Origin: a virus
Taxonomy: Duplodnaviria > Caudoviricetes
DNA length: 31,480 bases
Reading direction: 5' to 3' (one strand)
Virus record (IMG/VR): IMGVR_UViG_3300023095_000008
Location: 1-31,480 of that record
The translations under genes and the position numbers were made by a program. The notes below the pieces were generated by a model. That model was not told where the DNA came from, made no database searches, and saw nothing but the letters and a program-made list of their open reading frames with translations. Within the stretch, counting starts at the first letter, position 1. Each line of letters opens with the position of its first letter. This document shows positions 1-8,155 of this stretch, piece after piece.

Positions 1-454
1 AAACACGCCTGTTTAATGAGTCAAATTCTCTTTGCGCATTTCGTAATTCCCTGTTGTATTGTCTTTGTGTTTGTTCCGCTCGTCTTCCTCCTGCAATCAA
101 ATTTTGTAGGTTTCTAGCAGAAATTGCCTGCTGTGCTGATAATCTTTGGTATGCACCGCCTAAAACGGAAACAGAACGTGCGTATTGATCTGCATTTTGC
201 CTTAAAGTTCGTTGGTTTACTATTTCTGCAGCAGATAATTGATTCGCTCTTTCACGAACGGTATTTAATCGCTGATTCTGTTGCGTAATTTGGTTTAAAT
301 TGTTCGCATTATCGCTTGGGAGTCTTGAATTATTAAGATTCCTGTTTATATTTGTAATTTCGGCAGCGATCTTTTTAAGGTTTTCGATTAACTCCTGAAC
401 CTTTTTGTAGGTTTCGCTTGATGCTATTTCAACTAATCCGTCGTTATTTGCCAT
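1..454 (-). CDS. Tape measure protein, N-terminal part (runs off the window)
   Basis: Not in the ORF track. ATG at 454 opens MANNDGLVEIASSETYKKVQELIENLKK... with no stop to the window edge. Helical Q/R/N/A-rich sequence, located after the tail tube and chaperone genes. Confidence 0.8.
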   Translation of the reverse strand, partial: MANNDGLVEIASSETYKKVQELIENLKKIAAEITNINRNLNNSRLPSDNANNLNQITQQNQRLNTVRERANQLSAAEIVNQRTLRQNADQYARSVSVLGGAYQRLSAQQAISARNLQNLIAGGRRAEQTQRQYNRELRNAQREFDSLNRRV

Positions 455-1037
455 TTTTACGCATTGATTTTTTGTTGGCTTCTGATTTTTGCTTAGCAGA
501 TTTAACCGCTTCACGGAAATAAATTAAAGAAACATTGTCCGGCAATGGTCGCATAAGAATATTTTCAACAGCTACCAAGTCAGATTCAAATGTTCTTTTT
601 ATGCTTTCCTGCTTTTTAGGTTCTGAAGCAATAAGCCTATTTAATTTGTTTTTCATAATTCCTAAATCAGATTTAAGAACTCTATGGCATTCTTCTACAA
701 TGTCTTTTTTAATGTCAATTTTTACGCCCAATTCTTTCAATATAGTTGCTAGTTCTTCTTTTTGACTTTCAGAAGTTGTAGTGTAAAGCAGTACCTGCAT
801 ATTATCTTTTATCGCTTGGATTTGAAGTTTTAAGTGTTCAGTCTTGCATTGCCTATCCAAATACTGCTTAATTTTAGAATTCTCTGAAATCTCAAAATCT
901 TCATCGACAATTTTAGACCACGCCTTTTCTCTTTGCTCGTCAGATTCCCCGCCTAATAATGATAAGTCATTAGTTTCAATAATCTTGAAGTAAATCTTTG
1001 CGGGTATTTCTGCGCTGTCCCAAATAAATGCACTCAT
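444..1037 (-). CDS. Hypothetical tail-region protein, possible tail assembly chaperone
   Basis: 197 aa helical ORF directly upstream of the tape measure gene; function inferred from position only. Confidence 0.5.
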   Translation of the reverse strand: MSAFIWDSAEIPAKIYFKIIETNDLSLLGGESDEQREKAWSKIVDEDFEISENSKIKQYLDRQCKTEHLKLQIQAIKDNMQVLLYTTTSESQKEELATILKELGVKIDIKKDIVEECHRVLKSDLGIMKNKLNRLIASEPKKQESIKRTFESDLVAVENILMRPLPDNVSLIYFREAVKSAKQKSEANKKSMRKNGK

Positions 1038-1486
1038 TGACCTATTCTTTTTTTAATTAGTTTCAGAAATTCAGGCTGATAGTTTGCCTTTGCAATCCTG
1101 TTAAAAGTGTTTTGATTAAGGCTTGCTATTCCTTCACCGTATTTTGAAAGCAAATCATCGTGCTTGCTGTTTGAACTGTCAAATATTACCCTGTTGCTTT
1201 TTACGACTGGAAACAATGAATTCGACCATGCGCCAGTCAATATCAAATCGACGTTTCCAAATCCTGCCAATGGATTCTGATTATTCTTTTTAAAAGCGTA
1301 ATCGTCGCTACGATAAGAGCCTATTTTTGTCCTGTCAGGGTTTAAACCAAATTCAAGTTCGTTAATCTTTGCTTTTCTTAAATTCCTTCCTTTGTCCTGC
1401 TCTATTAGGTCTTTTGCTTTCTTCTGCAGTTCCGATTCCGTTATTGTCTGAAGCCTCTTTATCATCTCCTGAACTGATATTCCCAT
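1034..1486 (-). CDS. Putative tail completion/neck protein
   Basis: Likely ATG at 1486 (MGISVQEM). The VDLILTGAWSNSL segment resembles the LxDTG motif of gp10/GpG-like neck proteins; lies in the tail module. Confidence 0.5.
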   Translation of the reverse strand: MGISVQEMIKRLQTITESELQKKAKDLIEQDKGRNLRKAKINELEFGLNPDRTKIGSYRSDDYAFKKNNQNPLAGFGNVDLILTGAWSNSLFPVVKSNRVIFDSSNSKHDDLLSKYGEGIASLNQNTFNRIAKANYQPEFLKLIKKRIGQ

Positions 1487-1631
1487 GTGGCACATTTTTA
1501 AGTAAAACTTTTGCTCTTTCCTCGTCTTTCGGATTTAGCAGATTTGCTAATTTTTCAATCTGTTTTTCTTTGGTCAAGGTCTTGAAATTTTCAAATCCCT
1601 CTTTGCTGAATGATACGTTGTCGAATTTCAT
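1362..1631 (-). CDS. Hypothetical protein
   Basis: 89 aa ORF with an A-rich start context; its C-terminus overlaps the next gene. Confidence 0.55.
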   Translation of the reverse strand: MKFDNVSFSKEGFENFKTLTKEKQIEKLANLLNPKDEERAKVLLKNVPHGNISSGDDKEASDNNGIGTAEESKRPNRAGQRKEFKKSKD

Positions 1632-1634
1632 AAT

Positions 1635-1859
1635 TTATTTTTTTTTAAGTTTTGCTTCTGCCATCATTTTATCTAATTTCTGCATAAACCTGCTTTTTGT
1701 GCTTACCATAGTGACATCAATTTTAACGTCATACTGTTTTAGTTTTTCATTTATTGATTTTAACTCTGAATCTAAAACTTCTTTGTGTTCGTTTAAAATA
1801 GCCAATACTTTGGTTGTTTTTTCTATTCCATTAGTAATAACATCTACAAATTCACTCAT
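1635..1859 (-). CDS. Hypothetical coiled-coil protein
   Basis: 74 aa ORF co-oriented with the tail module. Confidence 0.6.
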   Translation of the reverse strand: MSEFVDVITNGIEKTTKVLAILNEHKEVLDSELKSINEKLKQYDVKIDVTMVSTKSRFMQKLDKMMAEAKLKKK

Positions 1860-1872
1860 ACTATGTTGTAAT

Positions 1873-1903
1873 AAAAAAGGGCAGGCGATTAACCCACCCT
1901 TTT
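1873..1903 (-). terminator. Intrinsic terminator after major tail gene
   Basis: AAAAGGG...CCCTTTT stem with a U-tract on the minus strand, just after the tail tube stop codon. Confidence 0.65.
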
Positions 1904-1926
1904 AGGTTTATAATTTTTGTTTTGCT

Positions 1927-2874
1927 TTAAGCTACCGCTGTGATAATTGGAGAAACACCTTTGTAAAACAAATTAGTTCCAACCATAGCCACGTTAACAG
2001 GAGGTGTAGCAGTTGCATCAAATGTCTCAACCACGTAAGTTGCCGCCAATGTTGGAGGCGTTGTAGTGTCGATAACATAAGTTCCTGGAGTTGTTCCTGC
2101 CGCAACAGTATCAATAGCTAAAACAGCATTTGTAACCATGTTTCTGATTCTGAAATTTCCAACTCCTAAAGCTTCAATTCCGTAAATCGTATTGTTTACC
2201 GCATTTACTTCTACCGTGAATCCGTTTGCAACCGAAGCAGTACCTGTAATGCTTACTCCAACAATCGGGTAAATGTCAGTATTGAAATCAATTCCTGACT
2301 GACCAACTGTAAGCAATGCCATTCTTGTATTGAATTGAGATTCACTGCCTAATTGAATATCGATAAGCGTTTTTGGCGTTTCATCGCCTGTTTTTGGCAC
2401 ATAAGTGTTTGTGTTATACATTGACATATTGAAGCCTGTAAAACTCAATCCGTCTCCTGTATATGCACCTACCAAAGTACCTGATTCATCGATTAGCAAA
2501 ACGCTTTTTCCTGATTGGCTGTTTCTTGAATAAGCCGCTTTGTGATATCCTACACCTTTATCGAATTCAAAACGATATTGAGGTTTTCCGTTACGGATAA
2601 CTTTCATAATACCGCCCGTGTATTCTTTTGTGGTTGCATCCGGAGTGTTGTTTGTAAATTCAACAGATCCTAAAAAAGGTTCGAATGTTCCGTTTTGGAT
2701 CAATGCCAAAACTTCTTCTAATCCAAATGAACCTGATACAATATCAGCTACGGGGATTTTCCAAGAATTGTCTACTGTTACGAATCCTGAAAACTCGCCT
2801 AACAGCGGTTCGCAGTCAACAGTACCTAAAGCAAATTGTTCTTTGTTGCAATTGATTGCATTTAAATATGCCAT
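1927..2874 (-). CDS. Major tail (tube) protein
   Basis: 315 aa, beta/Thr/Gly-rich with an Ig-like-looking C-terminus; follows the neck genes and precedes a terminator. Confidence 0.75.
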   Translation of the reverse strand: MAYLNAINCNKEQFALGTVDCEPLLGEFSGFVTVDNSWKIPVADIVSGSFGLEEVLALIQNGTFEPFLGSVEFTNNTPDATTKEYTGGIMKVIRNGKPQYRFEFDKGVGYHKAAYSRNSQSGKSVLLIDESGTLVGAYTGDGLSFTGFNMSMYNTNTYVPKTGDETPKTLIDIQLGSESQFNTRMALLTVGQSGIDFNTDIYPIVGVSITGTASVANGFTVEVNAVNNTIYGIEALGVGNFRIRNMVTNAVLAIDTVAAGTTPGTYVIDTTTPPTLAATYVVETFDATATPPVNVAMVGTNLFYKGVSPIITAVA

Positions 2875-2881
2875 AATTTTT

Positions 2882-3433
2882 TTAGTATTTAAACTCGCCT
2901 AAGCAAGTATTTCTTATTTTTAATCCTTTAAATTCTAATTTCAAAGCATCCCAAATATCTATGGTAAAGTTTTTCTTGTCACTTTCGTTATTGTTTTCCC
3001 CTCCATAGTTTGGGTAAGTGGTCTTTCTAAATTCTCCATCCCAAACAAACATCTGAGATTTTTTGAATAGAGTTTCAATATTTTTAGCTAACGGCCAAAG
3101 GATATTCTGATAGCTCATCGCCCAGCGGTTTTCGTTAAGAGAATCAACTGCCTTATTTCTAGTAGCAAGTATTAAAACTAAATCCGTAGTTGTATAATTT
3201 TTGCTAACATCATCAGAATCTGTGTTTGATATCTGATAAATCAAGGGATAAGGAACAGTATTGTTCTTATTGAATAAAATAAGCTGCTTTATTAAATGCG
3301 CTTCATTTCCCCATTTGTAAACAGGTTGAAAAGCATCTACCGCAGGTGTTGGCGGTTCTTCTATTTCAGGATAACCTCCAAGCGTTGGTAATGTACCGAA
3401 TGCCTTTGTTAGCTGTTCTTCAACAATAATCAT
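2882..3433 (-). CDS. Putative tail terminator / head-tail joining protein
   Basis: 183 aa with a YPLI motif, immediately before the tail tube gene. Confidence 0.55.
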   Translation of the reverse strand: MIIVEEQLTKAFGTLPTLGGYPEIEEPPTPAVDAFQPVYKWGNEAHLIKQLILFNKNNTVPYPLIYQISNTDSDDVSKNYTTTDLVLILATRNKAVDSLNENRWAMSYQNILWPLAKNIETLFKKSQMFVWDGEFRKTTYPNYGGENNNESDKKNFTIDIWDALKLEFKGLKIRNTCLGEFKY

Positions 3434-4032
3434 AATCCGAATCGATTAATGGGTTCGTATCTCTTGAGAAATTTAGTATCATAATCATCCGTGAAAGATG
3501 AAATATATTCCCTAAATGAAACATAAGAACTGTTATTTGGATTGTTCCAGTAATCCCAACCTTCAAAATAAAATATAGGCTGTAAAAAGTACCAATCGCA
3601 ATTACTAATTCCCTGATATGCCTCAATAAAGCAATTCCAAGATTCTACCAATTTTAAAGTAGGATTTACAGAAGTAGAGTTTTCCGAATCAGGTCTTTGA
3701 ATCCCTGTAGTCGAATAAATACTTTTATCATTTTTAAGATAGTGGTAAAATATAAAAGGAATTGTTATTGATTTCAATCCTACCCAAATCTTATCATCGT
3801 ACTCTTTGCCGTTTTTCAAGTCAAACCATTTTCCGCTGGTCTCGACATCGGAAATAAGCTCATTGTATTGAACGATTCCCAAAGATTCTACCAACAAAAT
3901 CTTTTCGTACTTTTCAATGAATAGGTCAATTTCCTGTGTCGCTGTTGGCGCACCTCCTATATTTGGCATTACTACCGCATTCGGAATGAAAAATTCCCCT
4001 TTAAAATCAGTATTTTTAGATATTGTTGGCAT
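3430..4032 (-). CDS. Putative head-tail adaptor
   Basis: 200 aa helical protein two genes after the capsid gene; ATGA overlap with the next gene. Confidence 0.55.
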   Translation of the reverse strand: MPTISKNTDFKGEFFIPNAVVMPNIGGAPTATQEIDLFIEKYEKILLVESLGIVQYNELISDVETSGKWFDLKNGKEYDDKIWVGLKSITIPFIFYHYLKNDKSIYSTTGIQRPDSENSTSVNPTLKLVESWNCFIEAYQGISNCDWYFLQPIFYFEGWDYWNNPNNSSYVSFREYISSFTDDYDTKFLKRYEPINRFGL

Positions 4033-4047
4033 TGTCTTTTATTGCTT

Positions 4048-4293
4048 TTATTCTTTTACTCGTTCAGCTAAACCCTGCTTAATCAAAGCTTCTGCTTTAA
4101 TTTTATGAGGCGAATATACTTTACCTTCTTTTTGGTAAACGGTATCTTTCAACAATTTTACTTTAACACGTTCAGTATATTTGATTACTGTTTTTTTTTC
4201 TGCATTTTCAGAAATCATCGCCTTTGCATCGAACGTAGTTCCTTGTGCGTTTTGGTCTTCGGCTAATTTTTTAGCCTTTTCTTTATCTGCCAT
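4048..4293 (-). CDS. Small hypothetical virion-module protein
   Basis: 81 aa ending AEALIKQGLAERVKE, a pattern typical of small genes after capsid genes. Confidence 0.6.
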   Translation of the reverse strand: MADKEKAKKLAEDQNAQGTTFDAKAMISENAEKKTVIKYTERVKVKLLKDTVYQKEGKVYSPHKIKAEALIKQGLAERVKE

Positions 4294-4303
4294 ATTTTAA
4301 ATA

Positions 4304-5560
4304 TTAAGGTATTACAGGTTCAGCAACTACCAAATCATCCTGAATGTCTGAAATGTCTCCATAAAGGATAGATCCAGCATCCGAGCCTTTGATATAAGTT
4401 CCTAAGAAAGCTTCAAGTTTTCTTGATACCAAGTTTTTAGAGAAATCATCGTTCTCATAACCTTCATCGTACATGATGTTTTCAGCAAAAACAACATTGA
4501 ATTTCTTCAAGTCTCCTACTACGATAGCATCATCAGCGATTTTGTTAGAAAACTTAACATTTACCGCACCAACTCTTGTTCCATCAGGAGACACGAAAGG
4601 CGCAACAATATAACGGTTTTCCAAATCTTTGATTCCTGCCATTTTCGCCATCCAAACAGTATTCAAGACAGCGGTAATTTGACCTTTAAAGTTAGACAAT
4701 CTAACTCTTGTTGCCATTGCCATAATAACGTCATAGATGTTTGGTGCCTGGTAATATCCAGCAAGTCCAGCAGGAACGATAAAAGCAGAAGCCAATTCTT
4801 CCAAACCTGCAAGATTATTTCCTGTGCCGTCTCCTTCCAAAATTTGATCGTCTATTTTTTGCTCAACCAACTCTCTTGCATGTTCTTGGAAATCCTGAAC
4901 AATTGCGGGAGCGTGCATCATCAGACGTTTTGTAAACTTCCAACGTACGGCAACCTCTTTGATTGCGTGTTTAGTTGAAGTCCATTCTGCATCTGCCAAT
5001 GGTTTCAATGCGCCTTCAGCAATAAAGGCCGCATCTCCTTCTTCGTTTACACGGTCAGAAGTCCAAATGTTCTCCGTTCCTGGCTGTGTCTTAACAGTTA
5101 CTAAAGGCAACATGATGTTGTCAGGTTTTGGAACGTGACCAATTTCAGTATCGATGTAATTACCGAACAATGGGGAGAAACCTCCCGCAACGTTTGGCGT
5201 AACATTCGCAGTAGTCATTAAGGCGGCTACTTTAATTACAGTCGAAGCACCATAATGCTTGTCTGTTTCCGTGAATTTTTCAATATTCTTTTCAACGAAA
5301 GTAACAAACGTTCCTTTTTCAGCTTCGGCTTTCCCGTCTGCTTTTTCTAGCAACTTGTTGTAGTCGTCCTTTAATTCCAAAAGCTGTTTAGCAATCTTTT
5401 CGAATTCGTTTTTTTGCTCGTCTTTCAAAGCATTAACTGCTTTTTCAATTTCGGCTTTTGTTGATTTTTCTTCAAAATCTCTTTTAGCCACTGTGTAAGC
5501 TTCCGCTTCTTCAGCCGTCATTTTATCAATTTCAGCCTGACTTTTGTACTTGAAATCCAT
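4304..5560 (-). CDS. Major capsid protein, HK97 fold
   Basis: 418 aa with a coiled-coil N-terminal delta domain, AAFIAEGALKP, ILEGDGTGNNLAG and VVGDLKKF motifs. Confidence 0.92.
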   Translation of the reverse strand: MDFKYKSQAEIDKMTAEEAEAYTVAKRDFEEKSTKAEIEKAVNALKDEQKNEFEKIAKQLLELKDDYNKLLEKADGKAEAEKGTFVTFVEKNIEKFTETDKHYGASTVIKVAALMTTANVTPNVAGGFSPLFGNYIDTEIGHVPKPDNIMLPLVTVKTQPGTENIWTSDRVNEEGDAAFIAEGALKPLADAEWTSTKHAIKEVAVRWKFTKRLMMHAPAIVQDFQEHARELVEQKIDDQILEGDGTGNNLAGLEELASAFIVPAGLAGYYQAPNIYDVIMAMATRVRLSNFKGQITAVLNTVWMAKMAGIKDLENRYIVAPFVSPDGTRVGAVNVKFSNKIADDAIVVGDLKKFNVVFAENIMYDEGYENDDFSKNLVSRKLEAFLGTYIKGSDAGSILYGDISDIQDDLVVAEPVIP

Positions 5561-5579
5561 CTGTTTTAGATTTTAATTG

Positions 5580-6374
5580 TTAAATAATTCTTCTTCTAGG
5601 TGTTGGAGTGACTTCAGTCGGCTCTTCTTTTGAAAGTGATTCTTCATCGGCTTTCATATTGTTTTCTAATGTTGGAGTTATCGTATTGCTACCCATAACT
5701 ACCGCACTCCCTTCTACTAATTTCGCTTCTGTAACCGCCCAAAAATAACCCGCTTCATCTGCCCTTTCACTATTGGCTATTTCTTTGTAATACTTTTGCC
5801 AATTCTCGTAATACTGACCTGATCCGCTATCGTTTATACACAAGTACATTTTAACGTATCTCATACCAACTGAATGATTCAATACATAACCGTCACGATA
5901 TTGTTTAAACATAAACTCATTTCGGTTCTTGCCAATAGTTGCATCAAAAATAAGAGCTTCCGTTTTTCCGTTCATTGAAAGCCCTAACTGCTTCCAAGTA
6001 TAATTCTGAACAAACGCATCTACCTCACTTGTGATGATCTTGTCGAACTTCATCTGATGCTCCTGCAGAAGATAAACAGTCTTTGTTTCCGTCAATGTTT
6101 TCCCCCATAATCCCGGAATGTGAACATCACCATGACTGTCTAGCCAATTGGTAGTGTTTATTACAAGTTTCGTTTTTAACGAACTTATATCTTCGTTTAC
6201 AGGCTTATTGTTGATTGCCTTATATGAATCTTCATCTGTTAAAGAAAAATCTTTAGTGTAGCTGAAAGAATCAGCCTCTTTTACACTGTATTTTTTTTCC
6301 GCAATAAGTTCTTTTTCATTCTTGATAAGGAAATCAAACAAATCTGATTTTTCTGCAAACTGTGGTATTTTCAT
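5580..6374 (-). CDS. Prohead maturation protease (HK97-type)
   Basis: DSHGDVH, LQEH, HSVGM and EGSAVVMGSN motifs; located between portal and capsid. Confidence 0.85.
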   Translation of the reverse strand: MKIPQFAEKSDLFDFLIKNEKELIAEKKYSVKEADSFSYTKDFSLTDEDSYKAINNKPVNEDISSLKTKLVINTTNWLDSHGDVHIPGLWGKTLTETKTVYLLQEHQMKFDKIITSEVDAFVQNYTWKQLGLSMNGKTEALIFDATIGKNRNEFMFKQYRDGYVLNHSVGMRYVKMYLCINDSGSGQYYENWQKYYKEIANSERADEAGYFWAVTEAKLVEGSAVVMGSNTITPTLENNMKADEESLSKEEPTEVTPTPRRRII

Positions 6375-6487
6375 TTGTTTACTTTATTATCGTTAACCAA
6401 AGCTTCTTTCTTCTTCTCTAAATCCTTTTTCAGTTCGGGAGAAATATCTTTATTGGTCAACAGCTTATTAATTTCTTCAACTTTCAT
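6371..6487 (-). CDS. Small hypothetical protein (38 aa)
   Basis: MKVEEINKLLTNKDISPELKKDLEKKKEALVNDNKVNK fills the portal-protease gap; ATGA overlap with the protease gene. Confidence 0.6.
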   Translation of the reverse strand: MKVEEINKLLTNKDISPELKKDLEKKKEALVNDNKVNK

Positions 6488-6489
6488 AG

Positions 6490-7716
6490 CTACGTGTTTA
6501 ATATTGATTTAACCATTTCATTTGCTTCACTTTCATTTATACCACCTAAATCTTTTGCTTTTTGGATATTGTCTAATTGCAATCCTACCCTTTCTGCTCT
6601 TTCTTTTTCGAACACCTGGTTAAACATCAAATGCCCCCAGCTCATTCTAATATCTTGCAAACCGTACTGGCTTTCGAACCAATCTGTTAGCATCTGACCT
6701 TTTGGAGACATGCAATATTCTACCAATCTTGCCATTGCCTTTTCTTGATTCTCATAAGTAGAGCCTCTTAAATTGGCTTCCAAAATATCACGTGGAATAT
6801 TAAACATAGTTCCGAACATGAAATAATCATTGTAAAAGCTTTCATCAATCTTAAGATTTCCGATATTCTCAACAAATCTTTTAATGTCAATCATTGATTT
6901 GATTGCGTGGACTTGTTTTGGACCTCTTACTTTTGTCTCAATGTCTAGCTGTTCTGGTCCTGTCATGGGTATTTCAGTAACATCTTTTGGATCAGATTGC
7001 CCTGCAACTAAAAACTTCTGTGCAAATTCTAGATTAATAGCTTTTGCGTCTAAAGCTAATTCACTATTTCTTATTACCTTATACAAAGCATCTATTCTGC
7101 TATAGCCGTTTAAAGGGTTGTCAGTACCCGCATTTGTAAGATCATAGAAAGGAACAATCTCATTTAATGAAATAAGCTTTGTCTGTCCGTTTTCAAATCT
7201 ATATGTAATATTACTTTTAAGAACTTCCTTGTAACTTCCTCCTGAAAGGAATATAGCTTTTAACTTGCTTATAACTGTTGAATCCCAAACGATATTGACA
7301 GGATTAAGCCATTGTATTGAATTTCTATCGCTTATCACTTTTGAATCATTAGGATTATAAAGATAAGCTACTCCGAAGATATTTAGCCAAAATTTATAAT
7401 CCCATAAAAACTGTGTCCAACTCTGCGTTATGTTTGGCTTTTTTGAAAGCGAGTATAGAAAATCCCTTTCTTTTATCTTATCGTCTTTATACTTGTTAAT
7501 TTTCCCTAGAGAAAAAATATCACAATCCAAAGAAATAACTTTCAATAACGCAGGACTATTTGTAACAACTCTTAATTTTTCATTGTCCGGAATTACTTTT
7601 CCTAAAGCTGTGCTAGAACTGAACATCGTGTAAAATATATTACCCGCATTGTCCTGTTCAATTTTTAACGGTTCTCTTTGATTGCCGCCAAACCCAAAGC
7701 TGAAATGAAAACTCAT
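6490..7716 (-). CDS. Portal protein
   Basis: 408 aa between TerL and protease; IFGVAY, GYSRIDAL and FNIPRDIL...STYENQEKA resemble HK97-family portal motifs. Confidence 0.85.
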   Translation of the reverse strand: MSFHFSFGFGGNQREPLKIEQDNAGNIFYTMFSSSTALGKVIPDNEKLRVVTNSPALLKVISLDCDIFSLGKINKYKDDKIKERDFLYSLSKKPNITQSWTQFLWDYKFWLNIFGVAYLYNPNDSKVISDRNSIQWLNPVNIVWDSTVISKLKAIFLSGGSYKEVLKSNITYRFENGQTKLISLNEIVPFYDLTNAGTDNPLNGYSRIDALYKVIRNSELALDAKAINLEFAQKFLVAGQSDPKDVTEIPMTGPEQLDIETKVRGPKQVHAIKSMIDIKRFVENIGNLKIDESFYNDYFMFGTMFNIPRDILEANLRGSTYENQEKAMARLVEYCMSPKGQMLTDWFESQYGLQDIRMSWGHLMFNQVFEKERAERVGLQLDNIQKAKDLGGINESEANEMVKSILNT

Positions 7717-7724
7717 TAATTATA

Positions 7725-7814
7725 AACGTAAAAAATCGCTGTCCTCAATGAAGAAGATAGCGATTCGTTAATATTTTTCTCAAATCCTTGTTTCACAACA
7801 ATAATTTATTTTAG
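7725..7814 (-). ncRNA. Structured leader, weaker member of the two-hairpin (kissing-loop) family
   Basis: Hairpin 7788-7801, AAAAATATT linker, hairpin 7734-7765 and TTTTTACGTT tail. Loops GUGAA/UUCAU give only 5 bp including one G-U. Confidence 0.45.
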
Positions 7815-7822
7815 CAAATATA
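7815..7822 (-). promoter_or_regulatory. Bacteroidota sigma-A -7 element upstream of portal
   Basis: TATATTTG matches TAnnTTTG in an intergenic position. Confidence 0.7.
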
Positions 7823-7841
7823 TGTAAATTTAATTTAGGTT

Positions 7842-8069
7842 TTACATTTTTTTTATACTTATCATTTTGCCTGCTGTAGAAACAACATCTTGGCCTATAG
7901 AAAAAATAATATTTTCCCAATCTTGTTTTAATTGGTTTTCGTCTGCATCCCAAAATATATTTTCATTAGGAGCACATAAAAATATACCATCCCTTACTTT
8001 TTCAATTGAAACTATAAGTTCCAAATTTACTAATACGTTTTTTTCGTTTACACTTTGAATAAATTTCAT
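7842..8069 (-). CDS. Hypothetical protein between terL and portal
   Basis: 75 aa ORF with an ATTATG start context. Confidence 0.65.
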   Translation of the reverse strand: MKFIQSVNEKNVLVNLELIVSIEKVRDGIFLCAPNENIFWDADENQLKQDWENIIFSIGQDVVSTAGKMISIKKM

Positions 8070-8100
8070 AATTATTATTTTTTAATTGTTTGAATTTTGC

Positions 8101-8118
8101 AATAAACTATAGTTTATT
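8101..8118. promoter_or_regulatory. Perfect 18-bp palindrome, possible operator
   Basis: AATAAACTATAGTTTATT is self-complementary and flanked by two ATTGTTTGAAT direct repeats. Confidence 0.4.
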
Positions 8119-8155
8119 ACCGTGTTTATAATTTAATATTGTTTGAATATTGTAA

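Noticed and set aside
1625-1650. Programmed frameshift in tail chaperone at the A9 run
   Set aside because: The next ORF starts in the same frame after TAA-ATT, so a shift would not fuse the two ORFs.
7781-7803. tracrRNA or CRISPR-repeat mimic (GTTGTGAA word)
   Set aside because: The match to remembered Bacteroidota type II-C repeats is only about 8 nt and is explained by the local hairpin.
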